Source: Ostrea edulis
Taxonomy: Eukaryota
Assembly: GCF_947568905.1 (NCBI RefSeq)
Contig: NC_079168.1
Span: forward strand, 17,608,001-17,672,000
Reading direction: 5' to 3'
Length of the DNA: 64,000 nt
Under the pieces are notes generated by a model, which made no database searches, was not told where the DNA came from, and saw only the letters and a list, made by a program, of their open reading frames with translations. A program made the translations under genes and the position numbers. Positions 38,593-51,000 of the stretch are shown here, piece after piece. The first letter of the stretch is position 1, and each line of letters starts with the position of its first letter.

Positions 38593-39852
38593 AAATTGGT
38601 ACCGTATAAGTTTTACATGGGTATAATGTAAATGTAACGTGAAAGTAACTATTTGGCTCAAAGTGCAAGTGTAGATGGAAACCTATATTTGTTTGCAAAT
38701 ATAAATTTGGACTTGTGACAATCCCTGTCGTCCCATAGGTAGGAGTGGTTTTTAAAGTAGGATCCTTCAATCATCAAGCAGTCCTCGTTGTTGTGGTTAT
38801 TTGGTTCACCCGGAGCAAAATTTGTGTAATTCATTTTGTTACCATGGTTCCCATACGAAGGTACCCTCTATAGTCCAATCAGTCCCTCCTAACCAAACAT
38901 TGTCCTCTGAAATGATTAACATTATGTAAAACAAACTTCCTGATTGGAAATGTTGATATCACTACGTATATGTATGTTAGATTTAGCAAATTGATTATTA
39001 ATATGCAATGGCAGTAATAATTGTAACTAAAATAATCATGATCATATTCACATAGAAATGGAATACATTTACATATTATGATTTATATTTTTATAGAGTT
39101 GCAATACATGTAGGGATCATGTTTTAAAAAAAAATTATTCATTCATGAAAATACTACCAATGAAAATTTTAATATGATAATTTAACTGTGGCTTGTTATA
39201 TGGTAAAACGAGACCATTAATCCCCTGTAACATCGACTTATTTGTCAGGAGCCTGCCTCGATTTAGAAAATGTTGAAATTGATCATTCTCAGAACACACT
39301 CTTCTGCGACAGATTTGTTGAGATTTATAAACACAATATGCAGAAGATAATGGACTACTAGTACATGAAAGGTGAAAATAACGAACAGTGATGAATCTCA
39401 TAACTCCTATTAGAAATACAATATTAAGAGTTAGGCAAACACAGACTTCTGGACATACCAAAAATGGGATCAGCTGCCTAGGAGGAGGATGCATCCCTTC
39501 TCGACCGGTCACACCTGCCGTGAGCCCTACATCTCGATCAGGTAAACGGAGTAATATTTATCGGAGTTGACGATGTGGAGAAAGTGAAGCTATCCAATTT
39601 ATTTTCACTGTGTATATACAGCTGTACATCTATCAAATAAAAATATAATTATTGCAGACTTTTTCACGGTAAATCATTTATAATCAATATGTAGGTGGAT
39701 TGCTGCTTTTAAAGACTAAGATGTGCTCCTTGTGTACTATTTCAATTGTTTTATGACATAATTCAATGAAATCATGGCTGCATTTTCGTTATAAAGAAAA
39801 GAAAGTCACAATTTTAATGTCTTATAGTTAAATAAATCAAAACAGTCAATAA

Positions 39853-40396
39853 TGCTATGTTCACGCCATCACGATTCGCGCCACGATTGAAATCGTGGTC
39901 TTCATCGTGCTCTTAACGTGGTGATCCTACCAAATCTGATCAGATCTTGAGTTTAGTGACAATCGTGTCGATCAAAAAAAAAAATTTGACTGTCAAAAGT
40001 TTTTCTACGATCAACACGATTAATTTTCAGTCGTTATAATAGCATCAGATCGATTGCATCGTAACAGAGCACAACATATCGCATCTAAGCGTGCTCCCAA
40101 ATCGTGGTGATACCAGTCAATCTTTTACAAGGTAAACATCACGCTTTGATGCGATGCGTTGCGCTGTCCCACGATCTGTTACGATAGTTATAATACCGGT
40201 ATAAGCATACAGTAATGCTGCAAATACACGTCATCAACCATTTCTAGATGTTAAAAAAATGAAGTGAATGGTCCATCGGGCTGTATGTATACCCATCAGG
40301 GTCCACTCGTAACTAGCACATCGATCATCTTCGATCACAATCGTATCCTATCGCAATATAGCGCATCGGTTCGTGACTAAAATAATCACATAGGCA
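39853..40396. mobile_element. PIF/Harbinger-type MITE
   Basis: TAA TSD, imperfect TIR TGCTATGTTCAC / CACATAGGCA. The empty site (single TAA) is present in paralog G at about 54845. Confidence 0.7.
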
Positions 40397-40847
40397 TAAG
40401 CATACTTACTATTTGACTGTTTCATGAGGCCTACTATGAAATTGTGCTCCTACTGACTTAACACTGTTGCAAGGCTTGATCCGTGTATTTGACACATCTT
40501 CTACAAATAAAGGTTTCTGATTATTATAGAAATACATAGAATTAAAAGCGACAAAATATTATTTTTTGATTTGGGAGGTTTTAAAAGTATTGCTATTATA
40601 GTAAATGGAATATTTCTATAACTAGCATGCCTAGTTATCAAAATTTTAACTATAAAAATCAAAGTACTATGCTAAAGTTTTCTCTACATATATTGTAAGC
40701 ATAAAGAGAAAATTCAAATTTAACAAATATGATTTTCGTGTCACAACATTTGGTGTTTGACACCAAAATTAAATGTTTCGTTAGAACTGTTGCAGAGCAC
40801 TGTATTGTGCTTCTACGTTTTATTGTCCTGTATTTCAACAATACTGA

Positions 40848-41066
40848 AGGTCTGACAGTGATTACGATACACACAACTAACACACCATTGTAAGTCTGAC
40901 AGTGATTACAATACACACAACTAACACACCATTGTAAGTCTGACAGTGATTACAATACACACAACTAACACACCATTGTAAGTCTGACAGTGATTACAAT
41001 ACACACAACTAACACACCATTGTAAGTCGGACAGTGATTACAATACACACAACTAACACACCATTG
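40848..41066. repeat. 5 x 44-bp tandem repeat spanning the exon 2 donor of lectin E
   Basis: AAGTCTGAC recurs at 40892, 40936, 40980 and 41024. Single copy in G. Confidence 0.9.
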
Positions 41067-41113
41067 CATCGAACCAAGTCTCCTCTTCAGGTCCCATGTG
41101 ATAACAAGAAGGA

Positions 41114-41298
41114 ATGATTGATGTTTTCCGCCACACTCAACAATTTTTCAGTTATATGGTGGCGCCCAGTTTTTATTGGTGGAAGTGAGAACCCAGATAC
41201 AATGTAGATGGGAAGAGACCACCGACCTTTCGAAAGTAAACTGGGAAATGTTCTCACTTACCGGCGCGAGCGGTATTCGATCCCGCGCTGACAGAGGC
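41114..41298 (-). mobile_element. 5'-truncated SINE inserted in exon 2 of lectin E
   Basis: 14-bp TSD GATAACAAGAAGGA (41100-41113 and 41299-41312). Matches the full-length copy at 59505-59748. Confidence 0.92.
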
Positions 41299-41725
41299 GA
41301 TAACAAGAAGGACCATGCTTCAACCATCCCGTCAGACACATCCATACGGAAACAACTAAGGAATAGCCATCATCCGGCAATCAAATTTCCATCTTTTCTT
41401 ATAGACAACAAAACTTTGAATTGGAGGTAAATTTATAAGTTTATTAATGTCGTGTGAATACAGCCATTGAAACGTGTACATGTATAGATAAAGAAATGTA
41501 AATTATTTTGGAGTTTCTGATTTAAATTCATTAATATGACAGCCTAATGGTTGGGAAGTTAAAACGAATGAAAAGAAGAATACAATGTGCAACGTACCTA
41601 CAAAGTGAAGACAAAGAAACTGTAGAATCGTTCTCGTCATGATAAGAATTAGAAAAGTCCGATTATGGCAGGAATATCGTCTTGGACTATGTCACAGATT
41701 TGTTTACGGTAGAGTAATGGCGATA

Positions 41726-42054
41726 AAACCAACGAGTTTGTCAGAGACAAGTTGACCAGCCTGGTGGGCCCCCCAATAAACCCTCCTACAGATGGTCAAG
41801 ATGGCCTGGATTGGTCATGTCGTACGTCACGACAGCCTTGGAAAGACCGTACTACAGGGCATCGTAGAGGGTGGACACCGCCGCGGCCGATAAAGGAAAA
41901 GTTGGACAGATAATGTGAAGGAGTAGACCACACTTCTAATGCCAGTACTCATCACAACGGCCCAAGACAGAATTGAGAGGAGAAGGGTCTCTGCTGCTTC
42001 ATCCATCTTGCCTCCCCAGCGACGTCACCCGTCGCGGGATTGATGATGATGATG
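41726..42054 (+). mobile_element. RTE-type LINE 3' fragment
   Basis: GHVVRHDSLGKTVLQGIVEGG.RRGR..SWTDNVKE, (TGA)n tail, 10-bp TSD AATGGCGATA. Absent from the duplicate block. Confidence 0.8.
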
Positions 42055-42959
42055 AATGGCGATATCGAGAAACAATTAAGGACAACACGCGGTTTAGAGG
42101 TTTCCACGGTCCTTTATAATCAAGATCGATTAATCCAGTAAAATGCTATATTCTATCGTCATAATTGAACATGATGCATGTAAAACTAGGATTATTAAAA
42201 GAAACGACCGGACTATAGCAAGCACAATTTACATATGATGTGAGTAATACACAATGATACATCAGGAGTTTATCAGATTTCCTCACACTACAAAGACTTC
42301 AATGATAAGACACATAAATCATTTAGAAATTATACAAGTTTTTACCTGAGGAAGTATAATTTGTAAATATGGGATTATTATTTAGACCCCACAGAAAACA
42401 ATATACATGTATCATCTGCTATGTTTCATTGCACAGTAGGTATTGTCCAAATTAAGCATTTGTGTCGTATTATAAAAGAATAGCATTGAATTTGGATAGC
42501 AATTCGTAGGCCTAAATGAAATCAGTTATTAACACAAACACTCAAATGAGTTTGATATACTTGACGAATTCAACAGTCTTTTGGGAATATTGTTATGGCA
42601 TGGCTCTCTCTATCTATTTCCCTTTCCTTCTTGCCCAAACACACACAAAACGCAGTATATTTGTTTTAGAGAATGCACAATGTCTACTTCTAAAGTAGTC
42701 TCGTATCAGAAGTTATGTTACATATCTATGGATTGATATTCTGCCTACGATGTAACATGATGTGAAGAAAAATACCTCAATATCTATTAAATCAGTGATC
42801 TTGAATTACCATGTGAATTCATATATTTTTATTGACAGTCTGTTCCACTAGGTACTCTGTCGCTTTTTTTTTTAAATTTCGTTTACAACTTTTCAGATCT
42901 TAAGTTGAAGTCCTAAATGTTCATAGTATTTTTATTATTCATTGTTTCCCCACTTTCCA

Positions 42960-44381
42960 TCAACCAAGCAGAGATCCTACATTGACATTCCTGTAAAACA
43001 ATGAAAATGAACGATGACTAACAATATAAATACACTGGTTTCGTACTGTACTACAAAATATTATGGAATTATAATCGGTATTCATCTATCATCAAGAGTT
43101 TTGTACATTTTGTACTACAAAATATTCTTAAATAACAATCGGCATTTAACTACGATCAAGAATTTCTATGAATTGTTTGTTTAATGCTGCATCATGACAT
43201 AGAACCTTTATCCTGAAACTTAAAGATAATACATTAATAATAACTACCTTGTCATCATATTAAATGACTCACATTAATTCGCAGACATAACAGTACTGTT
43301 TCTCACAACCTCTGTCGTCCCATTTGTAGCTGTGATGACTATGAGAGGAACCGTCTATTAATAGACAATTCTCTGTACCCAGATTATTTGGCCTTCCAAC
43401 GTCAAAGTGTGTATAGTTCAGTCTGTCACCATGGGGCTCCCATACCCATATACCTTCAATGGTCCAATCCGAGGCACCCAACCATACAATACTACCTGCA
43501 AGTTAAAGTCATTGGTATCTATGGAAAAATACTACCGATGTTTCATGGAATTTTTAATGTTTTTCTTAATTAACTAAGATCATGGAATTCAGTGCACAAT
43601 CAAAAGGAAGGACTACTGAACAACATTTTTCTTTTGTGGATCAAAAACAATGTAATAATACGTAAAGTTGCTCTACTCACAATTATTTTTATCCATTAGG
43701 CTAACAATAAACCTGTCTTCTGCAGCTTCTTCAACATGAACAAGATGGCCGCCATGAATTTGACACATTTTCTGTGGAAAAGTAATATTAACAGAACAGC
43801 AATTCACTATAATTGTAAAGATGATACTTTTAATCATAAATGTTGATTAGAATATTTCAATTTACTGATGAATTCATTTAATTTTAGCCACACCATTGCA
43901 TCAAACCACGATGTGTGTTCCTGACTGAAATGATAACAGGACAATGAATATTTATTCCATCCCACTGGACAGCTCCAGTCGGAACAAACTGCAAGAAAAC
44001 CATAGTTTTATGGACAACAATCCTTGTATCCCCCGCCAAGAAAATAATCATGTTCCGAGGAGCAACTGCGGAACAAATTTCACAGAACTTTAAGTTTGAT
44101 AATGTTGGAATAGCCAATGAATAGGTATGCTATCATACCAAATACACAATAGCGATACAAAAGTAAGTTTCCATGGAAATATTTCCTGCATAACGATCTT
44201 TTCACAAAAGTATATCGTGAGACATTTTTCGATATGATTCGATGAAAATAAATATCTTCAATGTAAGAAAATACATTGAAAGGAAAATGTTATGTAGAAT
44301 ATTTGTTGCCTGCTACTTACCTACATATACATGGACTGCACATAGGAATAGAGAAGACAGTATCATTCGTGAATATTCCAT
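42960..44381 (-). CDS. C-type lectin F (RPN/WDD type), intact
   Basis: Exons 44381 (or 44366/44384)-44321, 43988-43894 (CPVGWNKYSLSCYHFS..WFDAM), 43771-43681, 43495-43273 and 42990-42960 (NVNVGSLLG*). All GT-AG, frame open. Confidence 0.9.
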
Positions 44382-44745
44382 CATACTACTCCAGAATGTA
44401 GCGTATTATAAGATAATGTAGCCTTATCTCGCCCTTTTGCACTTCATTTGGAATTATTCAAAATGTAATTTGCGTACTTAATTCACCAGGTTTTAATCAA
44501 ATTATATGCTATACTACAGGCATCGGGTATGTGACTTAGATTTTGTGAACACATAGTTGAGAAAATTAATTGTTTAGCTATCATGATCACGCACATATAC
44601 ACCTGTCATTTTCATATCACCTGTAGTTCAACCAGTATCTTTGGCTCAGTCCTGCGTGTTTTTATCTTTGGCTCAGTCCTGCGTGTTTTTATCTTTAGTG
44701 CAAACTGAAAAACAAAACGTAACGTCTGGTGAGTTGTAATTAGAG

Positions 44746-44962
44746 GTCATAATACATGTACCTGTAGTTCCCTCCTGTCATAATACATGTACCTGTAGTT
44801 CCTTCCTGTCATAATACATGTACCTGTAGTTCCCTCCTGTCATAATACATGTACCTGTAGTTCCCTCCTGTCATAATACATGTACCTGTAGTTCCCTCCT
44901 GTCATAATACATGTACCTGTAGTTCCCTCCTGTCATAATACATGTACCTGTAGTTCCCTCCT
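44746..44962. repeat. 7 x 31-bp tandem repeat upstream of lectin F
   Basis: GTCATAATACATGTACCTGTAGTTCCCTCCT repeated seven times. Confidence 0.95.
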
Positions 44963-45324
44963 GACGAAAATCACAAAATTGAGTCCTTGTTATGTGATTT
45001 TGCTTACCTATTCAAATTTCAAAACTTGGGAATATTAGTATGAATTCTAGGTCTTGCAGTGCTGAAATAAGAACGGTAAGACATTTCTGTCAAACCAATT
45101 ATTTCATTCTGGTTAACGGTTTTCTCCCTTTGTAATAAAGAGATTTAGAAGAAAGAAATTTTGATTAAAATTCAGATTTTATAACTTCAAAGCAAATTAG
45201 GTTACTGTAATGACATGGTGCAATGTATGTAACGAGACTGTAATAGACGGAAATGTATGGGACTGTATGATAATGTAACGATGTAGTGTCCAGTATATAA
45301 GAGGACTGTAATGACGAGAAGCAA

Positions 45325-46917
45325 GATATGTAACGAGACCGTAATATAACATGTATGTCACTGTAACGAGACTATAACGAGTAAAGTATGTAACGAGACT
45401 GTAATAGAACATGTATGTCACTGTAACGAGATTATAACGAGTAAAGTATGTAACGAGACTGTAATAGAAAAGATGTATGTCACTGTAACGAGATTATAAC
45501 GAGTAAAGTATGTAACGAGACTGTAATAGAACATGTATGTCACTGTAATGAGATTATAACGAGTAAAGTATGTAACGAGACTGTAATAGAACATGTATGT
45601 CACTGTAACGAGATTATAACGAGTAAAGTATGTAACGAGACTGTAATAGAAAAGATGTATGTCACTGTAACGAGATTATAACGAGTAAAGTATGTAACGA
45701 GACTGTAATAGAACATGTATGTCACTGTAATGAGATTATAACGAGTAAAGTATGTAACGAGACTGTAATAGAAAAGATGTATGTCACTGTAACGAGATTA
45801 TAACGAGTAAAGTATGTAACGAGACTGTAATAGAAAACATGTATGTCACTGTAACGAGACTATAACGAGTAAAGTATGTAACGAGACTGTAATAGAACAT
45901 GTATGTCACTGTAACGAGATTATAACGAGTAAAGTATGTAACGAGACTGTAATAGAACATGTATGTCACTTTAATGAGATTATAACGAGTAAAGTATGTA
46001 ACGAGACTGTAATAGAACATGTATATCACTGTAACGAGATTATAACGGGTAAAGTATGTAACGAAACTGTAATAGAACATGTATGTCACTGTAACGAGAT
46101 TATAACGAGTAAAGTATGTAACGAGACTGTAATAGAACATGTACGTCATTGTAACGAGATTATAACGAGTAAAGTATGTAACGAAACTGTAATAGAACAT
46201 GTATGTCACTGTAACGAGATTATACCGAGTAAAGTGTGTAACGATACTGTAATAGAACATGTATGTCACTGTAACGAGATTATAACGAGTAAAGTATGTA
46301 ACGAGACTGTAATAAAACACATGTATATCACTGTAACGAGATTATAACGAGTAAAGTATGTAACGAGACTGTAATAGAACATGTATGTCACTGTAACGAG
46401 ATTATAACGAGTAAAGTATGTAACGAGACTGTAATAGAACATGTATGTCACTGTAACGAGACTATAACGGGTAAAGTATGTAACGAGAATGTAATATAAC
46501 ATGTATGTCACTGTAACGAGATTATAACGAGTAAAGTATTAACGAGACTGTAATAGAAAAGATGTATGTCACTGTAACGAGATTATAACGGGTAAAGTAT
46601 GTAACGGGACTGTAATAGAACATGTATGTCACTGTAACGAGACTATAACGAGTAAAGTATGTAACGAGACTGTAATAGAACATGTACGTCACTGTAACGA
46701 GATTATACCGAGTAAAGTGTGTAACGAGACTGTAATAGAACATGTATGTCACTGTAATGAGATTATAACGAGTAAAGTATGTAACGAGACTGTAATAGAA
46801 CATGTATGGCACTGTAATGAGATTATAATGAGTAAAGTATGTAACGAGACTCTAATAGAAAAACATGTACGTCACTGTAACGAGATTATAACGAGTAAAG
46901 TATGTAACGAGACTGTA
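45325..46917. repeat. Homogeneous 60-bp minisatellite, about 26 copies
   Basis: GTATGTCACTGTAACGAGATTATAACGAGTAAAGTATGTAACGAGACTGTAATAGAACAT, flanked by the degenerate 31-33 bp repeat. Confidence 0.95.
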
Positions 46918-48022
46918 ATGACGTACTGCGCAGTATAAAATGGGACTGTCTTGATGTAGTGTGCAGTATATAATGGGGCTATAATGACGTTGTGCACAGT
47001 ATGTAACGTGACAATAATGATGTAGTGGACTGTATATACTGAAACTCTAACACATGTTATATAACGGGATTGGAATGGCGTAGTGCGCACCATATAATGA
47101 AAAAGTGATGACGTAGTGCAGAGTATATAACGGGACTGTAATGACGTGGTGCACAGTATTTGATTTGACTCAAATAAGGTGATACACATTATATAATGGA
47201 ACCGTACCAATGTTGTGCACATTATATACATGTACATGTTAGGGGACTGTAATGACGTAGTGTACAGTAGATAGTGGGACTGTAATGACGTACTGCACAG
47301 TTTATAATGGGACTATGATGACGTAGAACACATAATACATGTAGAATGGGACTGTAATGATGTAATGCACAATATATAATCGGTTTGTTAAAATGTTGCG
47401 CACAATATATATTGAGAATAAAATAATGTCTTCCAAAGAACACTCTTGAAAGTTACATACGGTATGAAATAATTTTCATAATAATATTGAATTTTAGTCA
47501 TTCCATTGTTCTTTAAAATGCTTTTTGTATACCAAAATATATTCATTACAAATATGATACTAATCTGTATTAAAAAAGCTTAAGAATAGTAAGCTAAGAA
47601 TTATCACGGTGTGATAGCCTCTAATCTTCGTGGACATAGTGTCAATTCTAAAGTTAAAAGAATTTGTTATCAAGTATATTTTAGTGTAAAACGTTATAGA
47701 TTCGTAGTTATCTCTGGAATGACATTTTTTCTTCCTTTAAGAAAACAGAGGAAACTTACATGGACATGTATATATGAAAATTTAAATTTCTTAAAATTCA
47801 CTTTTTAAATTGAAAATTATGACACTCGGAGCTATAATGGAACTCATTTATGAACTAGGATAATAGATTCACCTAAAAATGATATCCAATGTTGCATTGT
47901 ATTGAATCATGTCATTTTAGAGATGATTGTCTTTGTATTTGATTCATTTATACAGAAAGGAATTAGTCATATAAATAAATAGATATTTATTTGATTAAGC
48001 TCTTGTAAAAACAGTCACTCCA

Positions 48023-51000
48023 TCATCCGATTAGGTTTCCAGTTACATCGTCCCTACAAAACAAAGAGGAAACAATCCATAATTGTTCCTGTGTAGATGT
48101 GAGGTTGATAAGTGTTATTATTACGATTGTAACTTTCTGACATTTTTTTTAGTCGAAACACAAAATGTTTATATAATTTTTAGTGCATATTTACATTAAC
48201 TTCGTTTTTCCCTTAACAGTATTACTATAGGAGATAATATCTACGAAAGCCTAGAAGCCTCATTGGACATTCGAGATTTGGCATTCGAAATTCAATATCC
48301 AATTTAAAAATCGAAATGTAGTTCACAATACATGTATATGATTTGAAAGAGACTATTTTATTCAAACTCATCAAATATAAACGTTCGTCATCTGTTTTCT
48401 AAGATTTGAGGTTACCGTATATAAATTTCAAATATAACAGAAAGCAAGTTGAACTTTCTTTTATCTAACACTATGTTGTACACAGTAGACGTTAGGGATG
48501 CGGTGCACTTTATATGTTTGTTGGAATTCAACTGTTTTCTTAACTTTTCTAACTAATCAAACAAATCACAGGGTTTATTGTAATATCTCTGCCGAATAAA
48601 AATAGAAAAATATTTATTTGTTATTATATGTTTTTACACACCACCTTTGTTTCCAGAAAAGATTCATATTGTATTGTATTTTATTGTATTTGAGTTTTGT
48701 AACGATATTGTGATTGGTTGAACGGTTCAATATCTTGAATTCCAAGTGAAGATATGGGTATGCAAGGTGAAGATAACGAACAGTGATCAATCTCATAACT
48801 CCTACAAGCAATACAAAATAGATAGTTGGGCAAACACGGACCCCTGGACACACCAGAGGTGGGATCAGGTGCCTAGGAGGAGTAAGCATCCCTCTCTAAG
48901 ACTCGCATTATATTCGTAATTTTAAATAAATGACAGGCTTTTACATCTTTACATATTTTATGTTGTGACTTGATGAAAAGAAGCATAGCTGCAATGTTTA
49001 CTTGGATTTATAGCTAGGTTTTAATGCAAATCATGTTATTATATCTTCTTAACATGCTGACAGGCCCGTAGAAACTCAGGTTCACAGAAAGCGAAAGGAT
49101 ATGCTCCGGCTACAACAACGGTAACTCTACACTTTATGTGAACGAGGTCAATTAATGACGAATACATATTATAGTACACCTTAACTTGAAATGGAATTGA
49201 AGGTTATATGAATAATATTAACTAATGACACCCCCATAGCAATTGATTCTGTTTTTAAATCAATCCATAGAGTTACCCACACATTATTTCTTTCTGTTTG
49301 AATGATTGTAATCTTAAAATTCATTTTACACGAAGAAAACTAAACATGCAAGAGTTACATGTAACTATGAAGGAAAAATCATATTGTAAATACAGGTATT
49401 GATTATCGTGTGTTTAACAAGACGCGTAGCCGGCAATTTCAAAAAGGTGGAGGGGATGTGAAAAGTAACTGGGAACGAAGCATCCGTTTGAGTATTTGTC
49501 CAAATATCTTCCCCATTCGTTATTTTTACAGGCACCTAAGTCAGGGATATTGCACTATAACCTATATGTAAACAATGGAGGAAATTCGAATAATGAATAA
49601 ATATTTTTATTCGCTCTATGTTTTTTTTCCCACACATTTTTTTTTTATGGTTTAGAAAGCTCAACTACATGTGTCATTACCACATTATACTAATTTACCT
49701 GTGTTTTAATTTTTTTTACTCCAGGGATTCATAATGAAGATCTATAAAAATAAAGTGCAGAGTTACATTGTAAGTATCTGTGAGCTGAAGCAGGTTTTCT
49801 GCAAACCCCACCCTCCCGCCAGCTTTCTACGGGCCTGTCTGCATGCTAAACATGCAACATAAAATAATATAAAAAAGATGTTTCGTTGTTTGATAAACAT
49901 ATCGGGAGAATAAGTCCAACGATTGCTGCCGATAACTCTTTGATTAGTTAGAAAACATAGCTTGAATTCTGAAAACAAGACATAAAAGTACACCGCATCT
50001 CTAACGTCTCTTGTGCACGTATGCATAACGTAAATGCGTAGTTTTAGATAAAAGACACCAAGAAGCACTATATTGTCTTGCTTTCTGTCATATTGCGAGT
50101 TTTTATGCAAGCAGCCCCAAACCTTTAATCTTAAAAAATAAATATTGTGATATACATTTTGATTGGTTAATTTGGATTTTTTATTTCTAAATTTTGAATT
50201 TAGAATTTGGAATGAGCCTTGTGGGCTTATATAAATAACTTATAAACTTTTGACTTTTGAAATGGGCAAATACTGCGTATGAATACTTCTCATTTTAATC
50301 ATTATCAAAATGTGATTAAAATGTAAACAGAAAAAATGTCTTTCAGTTTATCAAAAGATGATATATATTATACTCCGAGTAGCTTTGCATCGGTTTATTA
50401 AAAGGAACACGTCAGCGCTCAATAAAATATAGGTCGGCTTGAAGAGGCTCGAAGGATATCATTTCATATGCTTTCGAAAATTGGAAGAGATTTCTTAAAT
50501 AAAAAAGAAACTTGCATGGTTATGATGTAAATGAAATGTGGCGGTAACTCTTTGTCTCAGATTGCAAGTGTAGATGAAAACCTACATTTGTTTGCAAATA
50601 TAAGACTCGGACTTGTCACAATCCCTGTCGTCCCAAAGGTATTGGTGGTGTTTATGGTCGGGTCCGTCAATCAGCAAGCAATTCTCGTTGTTGAGGTTAT
50701 TAGGTTCACCCGGAGCGAAATTAGTGTAATTCATTTTGTCACCGTAAGGTTCCCAAACGAAGGTACCTTCTACAGTCCAATCAGTCCCTCCTAACCAAAC
50801 ATTGCCCTCTGAAATGATTAACATTATATAAAACAGTTCGTAATACGAATATGCAGATTTCACTAAGCATGTTATACATTTAATAAATTGATTACTAATA
50901 TATCATACATGTACGATATCAATTGTAACTACTCGGCTATTTCCGTAACCGCAAATGAACCTCGTATGTGGATCGACGCCATCAGAGTATGTTGCCATGT

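Larger units (their letters stand above)
37687..41355 (-). pseudogene. C-type lectin E pseudogene (paralog of G)
   Basis: Exon 1 deleted relative to G (about 42500). Exon 2 (41355-41062) carries a SINE. Exon 3 (40500-40410) has an in-frame TAG at 40452-40450. Exon 4 (38906-38687) has 2-nt and 1-nt deletions and a GT>AT donor. Last exon 37717-37687. Confidence 0.92.

Noticed and set aside
44746-46917. Regular repeats as a possible CRISPR array
   Set aside because: Head-to-tail tandem units without unique spacers, eukaryotic context, no cas genes.
45197-47443. Long Tyr/Thr/Val-rich ORFs
   Set aside because: Open frames produced by the 60-bp and 33-bp minisatellites. The same applies to 35514-36728.
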